Shown: positions 36,995-47,831, numbered from the whole stretch's first letter. The stretch is 63,556 nt of DNA, filler included, from an uncultured Methanosarcinales archaeon (GCA_964398115.1; 3 parts of 3 records of this genome joined end to end with filler, not necessarily neighbours in it), one strand, 5' to 3'. Notes: generated by a model from the letters alone, not told the origin. Numbers and translations are program-made.

Positions 36995-38284
36995 TCACAC
37001 CTCAAACTTAACCTTCTTAACTCTTCGCTCAATGTACTTGTGTTCAACAACATCTTCTAACTGATCTCGAGGACTATCATACTTTCTATCAATCCTGGCA
37101 AAAACCCTGCCTCCTTCAACATACGTGTTAGAATGCTTGTCAGTAAATTTCTTCAAATCTTTCTTCTTAGTAACTGGAGGCCCCTTCCTCTCAATAAATT
37201 CAGGAGCATCCTCATCCACTATGAAATAAAAAAATCCTTTAGGCTGATTCTCTAACTTCCTACTATCCTTACCAGTATCTTCACCTTCTCTAAACTCCCA
37301 ATCACTCTCAATAATAGGCCACTCTCTTTCCTCCAACTTCCTAAACATATACTCATAACACTGTCTCAACTTAGAACCCATAACATCTTCCTTATCCTTG
37401 TAAGGCCAAAGCTTGACAACAACTAACCCATTCTCTCCAGCTTGGTCTTCTAAATCTTCAATGCTGAAATCTTTAACCTTGAAAAAATCTTCATCTGGGC
37501 TGTCCAAAAACTGTCGACAACGCGTCTTGAAAAGTTCAAACTTTTCCTTACTAAGAGCGGCAGCAGCGTTTCTCTCCGGCTGGATAGGATCTACCAAGAC
37601 TAAAGGACTCTCCAACTTACTATCATTCAACTCTTTCAAAGGATTACTCCAATGACTCTCCATATCAATAACGACACGATCCCCCCAATCAGCTGCAGCT
37701 TTAACCAACTTCATAAAACCACCATAATAAGCAACTAACAAATCAACTACATGACCACTAAAACCCTGTATGTAACTCTCAGCTCCATAAACACGATTCG
37801 CTTTAGCAAACTGCTTGGCCAACCTAATACCTTCATTCAAATTATCAATTTTCTTCTCCTGTTCCTTGATATACTCAACATGTAAAGGACTCATATCTGT
37901 GATGTTCTTAGCTTCTTCATGATTAGAAACTTTCAAAACAGGAACTATTTCAAACTCTAAATTACCATATCTTTCAGCTTTAAAATAATCTCTACTCCCG
38001 TTAACCCTTTCAACTTCAAAAGGTAAAACATCTTCAAGGATGTCACTTATATCGCCACTATCATACTTGTTCTTATCAAACCGAACAAATAAATCAACAT
38101 CATGATCCCCACGCAAATGAGTATTTTTCGCAAAACTACCCCCTATCATACACTCAGCCTTTACATCATTCTTATCCAAACTCTTATTTATACGTCTAAC
38201 AGTGGCTTCAACATTATCCATGTTAGTCTTACCTGGCTCCAACCTCTCCTTTACTTTTTCTAGAACCTCTTCAACCATTTTCAC
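36995..38284 (-). CDS. cca: Archaeal (class I) CCA-adding enzyme
   Basis: GGSFAKNTHL..DHDVDLF, YGAESYIQGFSG, DPIQPERNAAAA. Confidence 0.93.
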   Translation of the reverse strand: MKMVEEVLEKVKERLEPGKTNMDNVEATVRRINKSLDKNDVKAECMIGGSFAKNTHLRGDHDVDLFVRFDKNKYDSGDISDILEDVLPFEVERVNGSRDYFKAERYGNLEFEIVPVLKVSNHEEAKNITDMSPLHVEYIKEQEKKIDNLNEGIRLAKQFAKANRVYGAESYIQGFSGHVVDLLVAYYGGFMKLVKAAADWGDRVVIDMESHWSNPLKELNDSKLESPLVLVDPIQPERNAAAALSKEKFELFKTRCRQFLDSPDEDFFKVKDFSIEDLEDQAGENGLVVVKLWPYKDKEDVMGSKLRQCYEYMFRKLEEREWPIIESDWEFREGEDTGKDSRKLENQPKGFFYFIVDEDAPEFIERKGPPVTKKKDLKKFTDKHSNTYVEGGRVFARIDRKYDSPRDQLEDVVEHKYIERRVKKVKFEV

Positions 38285-38374
38285 TCATATCGAGGATTTA
38301 ATTCTATAAAAAGTTTGTGTAGGGGAAAACTTAATAAGGTAATTCGAAGATTAAATCCGAAAAAAGAGGTAGTT

Positions 38375-39604
38375 ATGGAAGGATTAACCATCTTAACGAA
38401 CATCGCACTTATCTTTCTCATAGGACTTCTAACCACGCTCATTTCTAAAAAACTAGAAATTTCAAACGTGTTACTCCTAGTATTAGCAGGTATAGGACTT
38501 CAATTCCTAGAAGTAGGAGGAGAACGAATATTTCAATTCACACCAACCTTTCTCGTAAGCGTTTCAATACTCGCCATTGTAATGATAGTTTTCGACAGCA
38601 CCTCCCGATTCAGATGGAAAGAAATGGATGAAATATCCGTCACCAGCTTAAAACTAACAGGGTGGTTTACACTCGCCAACCTAGTTGTATTCTCACTAGT
38701 TGCAATGCTGATAGTATTTGGAGAATTCTCACTAAAAAACTACCTATACGGCATGATATTCTCCGCAGCTATGATAGCCACTGATCCAAGCACTTTATTC
38801 GTAATGATGGGAGATGTCAAACACCGAATAATAAACTTGATGGAACTAGAAAGTATAATAAATACTCCCTTAACCGTACTACTACCCTTCGTAATACTTG
38901 ACCTGATAGAAACCATAGGAGAAACAAATATACTAAGCAGTTTCCTACAACAAATAGTACCGTTCGTACAACAAATCGTAGTAGGTATAGGGGCAGGAGT
39001 GGTGATAGGCGTTATAGTTTTCAAAGTTATGAAAAACTTTTATTCTGAACAATTATCACCCGTAGGGATTGTAACCGCGGCATTACTCGCATATATTTTA
39101 GCAGCGAACATGGGAGGAAGCGGAGTACTCTCAGTAGCTACACTAGGACTCTTCTTCGGATCCGTATATGTAAAGCAAAAAACCACGTTGAAAGAATTCA
39201 GCAGCATGTTATCAAACAGTCTAGAAATTCTAGTATTTGTCCTTGTAGGATTAATGATACAAATCCCACTAGAAGTAAGCTTTTACCTAGAATCAATACT
39301 GTTATTCTTAATACTGCTTGCATGTAGAAGCTTCGCAGTGTTTTACGCTTTACGAGAGGAACCCTACACATTCCCAGAGAAATTATTCGCTACTTTGAAC
39401 ATACCAAAAGGGATTGCAATGGCAGTCGTTGCCTTCTCATTTACCGTGAGAGACATACCCGCCTTAGCACAGATGCTAGACTACATGCTGGCGATAATGG
39501 TAATATCTTTGATAGTATCCACGATAGTAGTGAGTTTCAGTGAAGAATTTATCAACATTGATATACAAAAACCCGAAGAAACTAAACCTAACCCAAATAG
39601 TTAA
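38375..39604 (+). CDS. CPA1/NhaP-type cation:proton antiporter
   Basis: ATDP, LESIINTP, SGVLSV, PKGIA; about 12 TMs. Confidence 0.88.
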   Translation: MEGLTILTNIALIFLIGLLTTLISKKLEISNVLLLVLAGIGLQFLEVGGERIFQFTPTFLVSVSILAIVMIVFDSTSRFRWKEMDEISVTSLKLTGWFTLANLVVFSLVAMLIVFGEFSLKNYLYGMIFSAAMIATDPSTLFVMMGDVKHRIINLMELESIINTPLTVLLPFVILDLIETIGETNILSSFLQQIVPFVQQIVVGIGAGVVIGVIVFKVMKNFYSEQLSPVGIVTAALLAYILAANMGGSGVLSVATLGLFFGSVYVKQKTTLKEFSSMLSNSLEILVFVLVGLMIQIPLEVSFYLESILLFLILLACRSFAVFYALREEPYTFPEKLFATLNIPKGIAMAVVAFSFTVRDIPALAQMLDYMLAIMVISLIVSTIVVSFSEEFINIDIQKPEETKPNPNS

Positions 39605-40274
39605 GCCTTCTACTATCAGCTTCTTCTTGAGCTTCCTGAGATTGCTGCATTATTTTCTGTAACTTGTTTTCAAACTGGGTAGCTTTTTCAATCAATGGTT
39701 CGGGATCAACATCTAACCCCAGATAATTATCTAAAACTCTTATCAAGTTAGCAGCAGCCTCTCCATCAGGTAATTGAGAATGAGCCCCAGCAAACAACGG
39801 AGTTATATCATCACTTCGAAGTATCAAAGCAGCTGTTATACCAACAAGGATAGACTCTTCTAATGGTTCAGCACCTGCCTCGACCATCTCCTCATTCTCA
39901 TAAGTGAAAGCGACATCCCCCTCCTGATCAACAGGAACCCCCTCCAAAGTTATAATCTCTTCAGCCTTCAATTCATGAGCTAAATCTAAAATAGTCTCAG
40001 CCATCTCCCACTCAATTTCAGAAACATTCATAGTCGTATGAAGCATAACCAAGTCATGTTCATCAGAATACAAAATACTCATAGGATGCACCATCTCACC
40101 CTCATGAATAGCGACAGTAGGCCTCAACTCATCATACACAAATTCACCAATCTTTCTAAAATCAAGATGATCCATTAAAAATTCTATACTTATAGTAGAC
40201 ACCAAACCAAAACTTGGAAATCCTTCAATAACTGTTACTTCAGTAGGTTTCTCTTCTAAATTATAATCAATCAT
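39588..40274 (-). CDS. PAC2-family proteasome assembly chaperone
   Basis: IEGFPSFGLVSTI, LPDGEAAA, DPEPLIEKA..FE; C-terminal YLG. Confidence 0.85.
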   Translation of the reverse strand: MIDYNLEEKPTEVTVIEGFPSFGLVSTISIEFLMDHLDFRKIGEFVYDELRPTVAIHEGEMVHPMSILYSDEHDLVMLHTTMNVSEIEWEMAETILDLAHELKAEEIITLEGVPVDQEGDVAFTYENEEMVEAGAEPLEESILVGITAALILRSDDITPLFAGAHSQLPDGEAAANLIRVLDNYLGLDVDPEPLIEKATQFENKLQKIMQQSQEAQEEADSRRLNYLG

Positions 40275-40809
40275 TTTTCTGTTCCTCCACAATATGTTCA
40301 ATCTCGTCTTCTTCCTTTTTAAGTTCTTCGTCATCCTCCATACCATCCATTTCCTCTAACATTTCTTCTTCCGGATCTTCACTCTCTTCCTTTTCTTCAC
40401 CCAATAATTTCTTTTCTAACTCAGTATATTTCTCAGTTATAACATTCCAAGGATCATCTTCTCCCCTCACCCTTTTCTGACTTTTCTCCTCTAACAATAT
40501 CACCCCTCTCTTACGAAGCATATGATGCTGGTAAAGGAAACAGAACAAGAAAAATGTTAAGAAACCAAACTCTACAAATTTCAACAAACTAGTAACCAAA
40601 ATAGTGTCAAAAACTAATCCTCTAAACATCTGTAAGGCTGTAATAACTTGAGACACGAATAAAAACATAGAACCAATGAAAAGAAAAACCCACGGCCTCC
40701 TTTCCTCATACTTTTCCGTACGAGTTAGGAAAAAATAAGCGTAAAACATGATGAATATTGTGATAAGAACTTTTGCAAACTCCAAAGTTCCTATTAAAAG
40801 GCTAACCAT
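40267..40809 (-). CDS. Membrane protein with acidic tail
   Basis: 3 TMs then Glu-rich C-terminus. Confidence 0.65.
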   Translation of the reverse strand: MVSLLIGTLEFAKVLITIFIMFYAYFFLTRTEKYEERRPWVFLFIGSMFLFVSQVITALQMFRGLVFDTILVTSLLKFVEFGFLTFFLFCFLYQHHMLRKRGVILLEEKSQKRVRGEDDPWNVITEKYTELEKKLLGEEKEESEDPEEEMLEEMDGMEDDEELKKEEDEIEHIVEEQKND

Positions 40810-40884
40810 CGGTATAATAACACTATTAATTAAGTATATAAAATTTCCCGCAACTTTTTTAAAGCAAGTTTTTTTCCGACATCT

Positions 40885-41271
40885 GTGAACACAAAGAAAA
40901 TAATCCTGGATACAAACTTTTTACTCATACCAGGTCAATTCAACATAGACATCTTCAGTGAGATAGAAAGGATCATGGATGAACCATTCGAAATATACAT
41001 CCTTGAAGGCTCACTGGAGGAATTAGAAAAATTGTCTAAAGGGGATTCAAAAGACTCTCAAGCAGCCAAAGTTGGAATTGAGTTGGCTAAGCAGAAAGGC
41101 TTAAAAACCCTGCGTGGTTCTCATGACCACGTTGACGATGCAATAGTTGACATAGCTGACAACGACACTTTTGTAGCCACCCAGGATAAAGAACTCAAAG
41201 AGCGAATACAAGAAAATCAAGGAAAACTGATAGTAATGAGGCAGAAAAAACACCTCGTTAAGGAGGGATAA
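40885..41271 (+). CDS. PIN-domain rRNA-processing protein (Fcf1/Utp24-like)
   Basis: ILDTNFL, VDDAI, VATQDKELK; usual position before rpo7. Confidence 0.88.
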   Translation: MNTKKIILDTNFLLIPGQFNIDIFSEIERIMDEPFEIYILEGSLEELEKLSKGDSKDSQAAKVGIELAKQKGLKTLRGSHDHVDDAIVDIADNDTFVATQDKELKERIQENQGKLIVMRQKKHLVKEG

Positions 41272-41272
41272 A

Positions 41273-41851
41273 TTGTTTTACAAAGTCAAAGTACAAGATC
41301 ACATCAGAGTACCACCAAAAGATTTCGGTAGTGAACTGAACCAAGCGATAATTCATCAGATTAAAGAAAAATACGGGGGATATATCTCCGAAGAATTAGG
41401 ATTTGTAATAGATGTATCCGATATTGAAGAAGTAGGTGAAGGAGTAGTAATACCAGAAGATGGTGCCTCATATTACGAAACCACTTTCCAACTCCTGACG
41501 TTCCAACCAGAAATGCAAGAAGTTGTTTACGGCAAAGTTCGAGATATTGCAGACTTTGGAGCTTTTGTCAATATAGGACCTGTCGATGGCATGATGCACA
41601 TCAGCCAAGCAATGAACGATTACGTAAGCGTTACAGAACAGAAAACTCTGCAGGGTAAAGACAGCAACCGCGTTTTGAAAGTCGACGATAACTGCAGAGC
41701 AAGAATAGTAGCGGTTTCTTACAAAGACCCTGCAAATCCAAAAATTGGCTTGACAATGAGACAAGACGGCCTTGGAAAAGCCGAATGGATAAAAGAAGAT
41801 ATGAAGAAAAAGAATCAACAGAAAAAATCGGATGAAGAAGAGGATGAATGA
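41273..41851 (+). CDS. rpo7: RNA polymerase subunit E' (Rpo7)
   Basis: IRVPP..FG, FGAFVNIGPVDGMMHISQ, KIGLTMRQDGLGK. Confidence 0.95.
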   Translation: MFYKVKVQDHIRVPPKDFGSELNQAIIHQIKEKYGGYISEELGFVIDVSDIEEVGEGVVIPEDGASYYETTFQLLTFQPEMQEVVYGKVRDIADFGAFVNIGPVDGMMHISQAMNDYVSVTEQKTLQGKDSNRVLKVDDNCRARIVAVSYKDPANPKIGLTMRQDGLGKAEWIKEDMKKKNQQKKSDEEEDE

Positions 41852-42042
41852 AAATGGCTAAGAAAAAAGCATGTAAGAAATGTAAAATATTCGTCAAAGG
41901 CGACATGTGTCCCATCTGCAAAAAGGACAGCTTTACTGACAACTGGCAAGGCAGAATACACTTTCTCAAACCAGAAGAATCAGCCATAGCCAAAGAACTA
42001 GGCATCGATCATAAAGGAGAATACGCTATAAAGGTGAGATAA
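41848..42042 (+). CDS. spt4: Transcription elongation factor Spt4 (RpoE'')
   Basis: ACKKCK...CPIC...WQG...S.IAK.LGI...GEYAIKVR. Confidence 0.93.
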   Translation: MKMAKKKACKKCKIFVKGDMCPICKKDSFTDNWQGRIHFLKPEESAIAKELGIDHKGEYAIKVR

Positions 42043-42390
42043 ATGGATGTAAAAATTCAAGAAACAAAAGAACGTCCACAATTGGAAAGACAAGAAGTAA
42101 ACGCTAGAATTGAATATACAGGAGCCACGCCAGACAGGATTAAAGTCAGAGAAGAATTATCCAGCGAGTTAAAAGCTGATCCCGAGCTTATAATCGTACG
42201 AAAAATCAAACCAGAGTTTGGAAGCACGGAAGCTAACGTTAACGCTCGAGTTTATGAAGACGAAGAAAGCATGACTGAAATAGAAGGCGATTACATGCTC
42301 GAAAGACACGCTGTTGAAGAAAAGGAAGAAACAGAGGAAAGCTCAGAGGAAGGTGAAGAAACAGAAGAAAGTGAGGAGGATGAAGAATAA
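42043..42390 (+). CDS. rps24e: 30S ribosomal protein S24e
   Basis: LERQEV...GATPDR...FG...ARVY; acidic tail. Confidence 0.9.
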   Translation: MDVKIQETKERPQLERQEVNARIEYTGATPDRIKVREELSSELKADPELIIVRKIKPEFGSTEANVNARVYEDEESMTEIEGDYMLERHAVEEKEETEESSEEGEETEESEEDEE

Positions 42391-42590
42391 TGCCTGAAGA
42401 AGACGGAGCGAGTCCCAGCGAAGGAGTAAACGCTTACAGCGTTTCAAAAACTTACGAGGTAGAAGGAAACGAGTTAAAAAAAGCTCCAAGTTGTCCAAAA
42501 TGCGGGGAAGGATATAGACTAGCCGTTCATGAAGATCGAAAGACATGCGGACACTGCGGATACACCGAATTCTCCGTAGATGAAGAATAA
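42390..42590 (+). CDS. rps27ae: 30S ribosomal protein S27ae
   Basis: [25 protein letters not shown]. Confidence 0.92.
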   Translation: MPEEDGASPSEGVNAYSVSKTYEVEGNELKKAPSCPKCGEGYRLAVHEDRKTCGHCGYTEFSVDEE

Positions 42591-42642
42591 CTTCTTTCTT
42601 TATACAAAAACTAATAAACACAGCAAAATTTATGTGGTTTGC

Positions 42643-42999
42643 ATGACTGATTTAGTAGCGTGTTTAAGCACCGGAAAGGGAACTTGGAATCCAGTTATTA
42701 AATTGATTAACACAGGAGAATTCAACAACATATTTCTAATAACTAATGAATTCGGTAAAGAAAACTTTGAAGGGCCTGAAAATGTAGAAATGATAGTTCT
42801 TAATAGAGAAATGTCTACAGAAGAGATGAAAGATAAGATAAAGAAAGAGTTAGATGGAGAGCTGGAAGGAACTCAAATCGCTGTAAACTTAACTTCTGGA
42901 AGTGGAAAAGAACATATGGCGTTGCTTTCAAGCGTTATAGGATTAGGACACGGTTTTAGAATGGTAGTTCCTGGAGAAAATGATTACGAAATAGTATGA
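42643..42999 (+). CDS. Small Rossmann-like, possibly CARF-like protein
   Basis: MTDLVACLSTGKGTW...IFLIT...IAVNLTSGSGKEHMALL. Confidence 0.6.
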   Translation: MTDLVACLSTGKGTWNPVIKLINTGEFNNIFLITNEFGKENFEGPENVEMIVLNREMSTEEMKDKIKKELDGELEGTQIAVNLTSGSGKEHMALLSSVIGLGHGFRMVVPGENDYEIV

Positions 43000-43000
43000 T

Positions 43001-43786
43001 TTATTCCATGACACCCATGATTTTATAGGCGAACTTGTCCGCAACACGGATTAAGTCTTCTGCAGATTTACCTTCTAATATAATACAATCTCCTTCTTGA
43101 TGTATGATATTATTATCAGTAACTTTGAGCAATATAACGATATTGTTTTCATTAGCGTTTTCACAAGTAACTATAGGATTGTTTGTGTTAGCTCTTTTTC
43201 GCTTCGGTTCTTCTGTCAAAGCTCCATGAGTTTCGAGATTTAATATGTTAAATCTACTCCCCGTAAGTTTTGATATTTCTACCCCTGCTATCACGGCTCG
43301 ACTGCTCAAACTTGGATCCATAGTTATGAAAACTGTGGTGTTCTCTCTATTATTCCGAGAAGCGCTTATCAACGTGTTCTCTGCTGTAGGATCTGAAATA
43401 ATATCCTCTACTTCCCAAGGAGGGTAGTGGAACTGAATTTGGTAAGGTTGATCTCCTTTTTGTGCTTGAACAATCCAAACATTGTTTTGTTTTTTAAAAG
43501 GGAAGTTATTATATTCTCGAACTTCATCTCCCCCGATAAGTTTAGGTCCTAACAAAGTTGCAGCGAATAATAATATTAAGACTAAAGCGGTTACTCCAAA
43601 AGCAACCCAAGGTGAATCTTGAACTTTTTTTCCAATCCATGAAGTTTCTTGTTCTTGTCTTTCTTCTAGGAACTGATCTATCATTTCATCTTTTAAGTCA
43701 TTAGTAGAAAGTTCTATGCCATATTCTTCTGCATACTCTTTTATCTCATCCTTAGTCATCTTCTCCATTTCTTCCCTAGTTTCCAT
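43001..43786 (-). CDS. Single-TM protein with N-terminal HeH/Rho-N-like domain; paralog of the next gene
   Basis: MTKDEIKEYAEEYGIE...KDEMID; YNNFPF...PIVTCENA...CIILEG...DLIRVADK. Confidence 0.7.
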   Translation of the reverse strand: METREEMEKMTKDEIKEYAEEYGIELSTNDLKDEMIDQFLEERQEQETSWIGKKVQDSPWVAFGVTALVLILLFAATLLGPKLIGGDEVREYNNFPFKKQNNVWIVQAQKGDQPYQIQFHYPPWEVEDIISDPTAENTLISASRNNRENTTVFITMDPSLSSRAVIAGVEISKLTGSRFNILNLETHGALTEEPKRKRANTNNPIVTCENANENNIVILLKVTDNNIIHQEGDCIILEGKSAEDLIRVADKFAYKIMGVME

Positions 43787-44402
43787 TTATAACACCCAAG
43801 ATTTCATAGATCACTTTTTCTGTTGCTCTTATCAAGTCCCCTTCTAGACCATTAATAGTGACGCAACCATTTTTATAGTTGATGTTTGTTTGATTTTCAC
43901 TATTCAGATATATTACAGGGTTGGAAGGCGTGGCGTTGTCACAAGTAATAATGGGAAGAGTGTATTGAGAACTGTTTCTAGTAACAGCGGCTACAACTCT
44001 TTTATCCAAGTTTCTCGTTATTTGATACCGTGCAAGCTCAATTGATTGTATATCTGAACTGTTAGGATTGAAAGTTAGGATGTAAACAGGAGCATTTTGT
44101 AGACTTTGCCGTGCTTGTGCAGGCATTTCAATACCTTGGGTATCTAGAGGCGTGAATAAAAAATTCCTTTCTTTATCTTGTATGTCTGCTTTATAGTAAT
44201 CTCCTGTGAATTCAAACTCATAACCATTATAGGAAACGGTGTTTCCTCCTTGTCTAGGTTGTTGAGCTGTACTTGTTCCTTGAGGACGGTTAACGATAAT
44301 GCTAGCTAGTGTAAATCCAAACACCATTAAGAACAACAATATCAAGCTGATTATAGTCCGTCTTCTTTTCTTCTTTTTCTCTCGTCTTTCCCTTCTTCCC
44401 AT
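43776..44402 (-). CDS. Single-TM extracellular protein
   Basis: Basic N-terminus + TM; YNGYEF...PIITCDNA...CVTING...DLIRATEK. Confidence 0.7.
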   Translation of the reverse strand: MGRRERREKKKKRRRTIISLILLFLMVFGFTLASIIVNRPQGTSTAQQPRQGGNTVSYNGYEFEFTGDYYKADIQDKERNFLFTPLDTQGIEMPAQARQSLQNAPVYILTFNPNSSDIQSIELARYQITRNLDKRVVAAVTRNSSQYTLPIITCDNATPSNPVIYLNSENQTNINYKNGCVTINGLEGDLIRATEKVIYEILGVINGN

Positions 44403-44434
44403 GTTCGACTAGACATGTTATTCTTTTATATAGT

Positions 44435-44773
44435 TTATCTTAACGATTCAACTATATATCTCAAGTTCGGTAGAACTTGTCCACAAATATCTGAGTTCTT
44501 CTTTAATTCTTCTCCATTCCCATTCTGTAATGACTTCAAATACTTTTGGAGATGATACTCAACTAATGTTTTATGATTCCAAGCTTCTTCAGAAGTCAAA
44601 TCCCCATCTTTCTGTCTATAAGGCAAGAGTTGTATTTCAGATGCACAATTACTCAAACAAGAAGGGGCAGGTGAATTAGTATCTCCCAAACCTTTTCTCA
44701 TACCCTTAAGAAGAGATTGGTAGAAAAGAACTTCTCCTCTCAATTCGTCTTCTAACGTGGTTAAATTCATCAA
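44435..44773 (-). CDS. Hypothetical protein
   Basis: 112-aa ORF filling the gap; no recognised motif. Confidence 0.5.
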   Translation of the reverse strand: MMNLTTLEDELRGEVLFYQSLLKGMRKGLGDTNSPAPSCLSNCASEIQLLPYRQKDGDLTSEEAWNHKTLVEYHLQKYLKSLQNGNGEELKKNSDICGQVLPNLRYIVESLR

Positions 44774-44851
44774 ATTTTAAGAGCACAATTTAATGTATAA
44801 AAAATTTGTGCGTAAAAACATTAATAAACAACTTAGACATCCCTTTTTACT

Positions 44852-47392
44852 ATGCTTTCGGACAAAGAAGTTAAAGAAAAGTTTAAGAAAGAAACTAAGA
44901 AAAATCCTGAAAAGTACTTTGCTGTAGACGCTTTGAAGAGAGAAGGCTTTGAAAGGAAGAAATGTAGAGAATGTAAAACTTATTTCTGGACTGTGAATAA
45001 AGATCAAAAAGTTTGTGGAGACCCTGCTTGTAGTGGAGGATTCAGATTTTTTGAAGACAATCCAGTGGATAAAGATTGGGATTATGTAAAGACTTGGAAA
45101 GAATTCAGTAACTTCTTTGAAAGTCTTGGATATACGACTATCGATAGGTATCCTGTAGCTGCCAGGTGGAGAGATGACACTGATTTCGTTCAAGCATCTA
45201 TCTATGACTTCCAACCTTGGGTTGTTTCTGGTGAGGTAGATCCTCCAGCCAATCCCTTGGTAGTTCCACAATTTTGTCTACGTTTTAACGACATTGACAA
45301 TGTTGGCATTACGATGAGCCACAACACAGGATTTGTAATGATTGGACAACACGCGTTTAATAACGAAGAAGAGTGGGATCAAGAAAAGTACTTTACTGAC
45401 TTGTTGAAATGGTTTACAAAAAAATTAGGTATTCCTAAAGAAGACTTAACATTACATGAAGACGCTTGGGCAGGAGGAGGAAATTTCGGTCCATGTATGG
45501 AGTTCTTCAGTAAAGGCTTAGAACTAGGAAACCAAGTTTATATGATGTTTGAACAAACACACGACGGGCGTCGAGAGCTCGATTTGAAAGTACTTGACAT
45601 GGGGATGGGTCATGAAAGAAACGCGTGGTTCATCAAGGGCGAGGGGACACAGTACGACGCTACCTTCCCTGACGTGGTAGATAAACTACTTGCTAAAACA
45701 GGTGTGGATTACGATGAAAACTTCATACGTGAATACTTGCCTCACGGTGGTTACTTGAACATTGATGAAGTAGAAGACGTAGACAAAGCGTGGGAGCGAG
45801 TAGCTGATGCTATGGATACTTCTGTAAAAGAATTACGGGAGAAGATAATGCCACTTGCAGCGTTGTATTCAGTAGCTGAACACGCTAGGTCTTTACTAGT
45901 AGCTCTAGCAGATGGGTCACTTCCCGGTAATGTCAAAGGAGGCTATAATTTAAGAACTATCTATAGAAGGGCACAAGGATTTATTGACAAACACGGTTGG
46001 GATGTTTCCATGAATGAAGTTTGTAGATGGCATGCTGAATACTTAGAGCCGTTATTCCCAGAATTGAAAGAACATTTAGATGAGGTTGATGAAATACTTA
46101 ATGCTGAATATGAAAAGTATAAGCGAACTAAGAAAAGAAACAAGCAGAAGGTTAAGAGAGTGGTTGAAGAAGGGGAAATATCAACAGAGAAATTATTAGA
46201 ACTTTATGATAGTCATGGAATTGACCCTGAGGATGTTAAGGAACAAGCTGAAAGAATAGGAGAAACAGTTGAAATACCTGATAATTTCTACGCGTTGGTT
46301 TCACAAAGGCATGAACAAGGAGATAAGAGTCGTAAGAGAAAAGAGGGAGGAAGTAAGTTAGACTTGGATGGTGTCCCTCCTACGAAAATATTGTATTATG
46401 ACCATTATGACTATATTGATTTCGAAGCACCAGTAACGAAAATAATTGATAACTTAGTTGTATTAGAAGAAACCGCTTTCTACCCAACTAGCGGAGGACA
46501 AATGCATGATACGGGAACTATTGAGGGTTATGAAGTAGTCGATGTTTTCAAACAAGGAAAGGTGATAGTTCACAAGTTGATGGATGAGCCAGATTTTGAA
46601 GAAGGTGAAATGGTCGACTGCAAAGTAGACTGGGATAGAAGAAAACAACTAGCACAACACCATACAGCCACTCACATAATCGGAGGGGTATGCAGGAAAG
46701 TACTGGGAGATCATGTATGGCAGGCCGGGGCTAAGAAAACCGAAGAAAAATCGAGATTGGATATTACTCACTATGAAAACTTGGATGATGACCAGGTTAA
46801 AGAAATTGAGGAAGAAGCAAACAGAGTTATTGAGGAAAACTTACCGATTTATAAGAATATTTTCGACCGAGGCGTTGCTCAGAAAGAGTATGGTTTCAGA
46901 ATATATCAGGGAGGAGCAGTACCAGGGAAAGATATTAGGATAGTTGAAATCGATGATTTAGATGCCCAAGCTTGTGGAGGAACTCACCTAAACACTACAG
47001 GCGAAGCGGAACATATTAAGATAATTAAAACGAGTAAAGTTCAGGATGGTGTTGTAAGGCTTGAATACGTAGCTGGGAATCGCGCAAAAGAAATTATTAA
47101 GAAAGAAAATACTATCAAAGAACGAGTTGCTAACCTTTTAGACTGTACTGAAAAGCAAATACCAAGTAGAGCAGAAGAATTGTTTAACAAGTGGAAAAAA
47201 GGACGTAAAGCTGTGAAGAAAGACCGAGATGTAAGTGCGGAAGAGTTAGAATTGACAAGTGAAGAAGAATTCGAAGGTGATGTTATTAAAGAAACAGCAG
47301 ATATTTTAAGGACTCAACCAGAACACATTATCAAGACGATAAAACGATTTAAGAATGAGTTAAAAGAGTTCAAAAACCAGCTTTCTATGTAA
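44852..47392 (+). CDS. alaS: Alanine--tRNA ligase (archaeal type)
   Basis: YPVAARWRDD, WAGGGNFGP, FYPTSGGQ, editing HTATH and ACGGTH. Confidence 0.96.
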   Translation: MLSDKEVKEKFKKETKKNPEKYFAVDALKREGFERKKCRECKTYFWTVNKDQKVCGDPACSGGFRFFEDNPVDKDWDYVKTWKEFSNFFESLGYTTIDRYPVAARWRDDTDFVQASIYDFQPWVVSGEVDPPANPLVVPQFCLRFNDIDNVGITMSHNTGFVMIGQHAFNNEEEWDQEKYFTDLLKWFTKKLGIPKEDLTLHEDAWAGGGNFGPCMEFFSKGLELGNQVYMMFEQTHDGRRELDLKVLDMGMGHERNAWFIKGEGTQYDATFPDVVDKLLAKTGVDYDENFIREYLPHGGYLNIDEVEDVDKAWERVADAMDTSVKELREKIMPLAALYSVAEHARSLLVALADGSLPGNVKGGYNLRTIYRRAQGFIDKHGWDVSMNEVCRWHAEYLEPLFPELKEHLDEVDEILNAEYEKYKRTKKRNKQKVKRVVEEGEISTEKLLELYDSHGIDPEDVKEQAERIGETVEIPDNFYALVSQRHEQGDKSRKRKEGGSKLDLDGVPPTKILYYDHYDYIDFEAPVTKIIDNLVVLEETAFYPTSGGQMHDTGTIEGYEVVDVFKQGKVIVHKLMDEPDFEEGEMVDCKVDWDRRKQLAQHHTATHIIGGVCRKVLGDHVWQAGAKKTEEKSRLDITHYENLDDDQVKEIEEEANRVIEENLPIYKNIFDRGVAQKEYGFRIYQGGAVPGKDIRIVEIDDLDAQACGGTHLNTTGEAEHIKIIKTSKVQDGVVRLEYVAGNRAKEIIKKENTIKERVANLLDCTEKQIPSRAEELFNKWKKGRKAVKKDRDVSAEELELTSEEEFEGDVIKETADILRTQPEHIIKTIKRFKNELKEFKNQLSM

Positions 47393-47394
47393 CC

Positions 47395-47723
47395 TTACCT
47401 GATTAGCTTAGCAAAGACGCCGAGTAGGAATAAAAAGCCTCCTACTAGTAAAAGCCCAACTCCATTTGTTAGGTTCCAAACTTCGTTTAAGTAGTTAGCT
47501 AATCCTACCAAGCCGAAAATTAANNNNNNNNNNAGATAAGTAGGAAGACAGTGCTGGCCTTTATAGCTTTTACAGTAACAACTTCTATCTTTTTCTCAGC
47601 TTTTTCCAATGTTTCATCCATTGTCTTACTCACATCCTCGACGAGTCTTTGGGCGTCACCAGCGATAAAACCAGCGACGGCGTCCCATAACTTTCTCCAT
47701 CCCATCGTCCTTTTCTTATCCAA
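47395..47723 (-). CDS. Small 2-TM membrane protein (holin-like superfamily appearance), spans a 10-N gap
   Basis: Amphipathic N-helix, then after the gap LIFGLVGLANYL...GVGLLLVGGFLFLLGVFAKLIR*. Confidence 0.55.
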
Positions 47724-47831
47724 GTTAGTGTTTAAAAACTTTATTATTTTTGCTACCCTAAAAAAACTACGTTAACTTTATAAATAACCTGTCATACACT
47801 GTATGTCGAGTGGAAAATTTGGAGGGAACAA

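Noticed and set aside
47808..47826. ORB-like origin box GAGTGGAAAATTTGGAGGG
   Set aside because: Single copy, no cdc6/orc1 nearby; the G-run is explained as the RBS of the next gene
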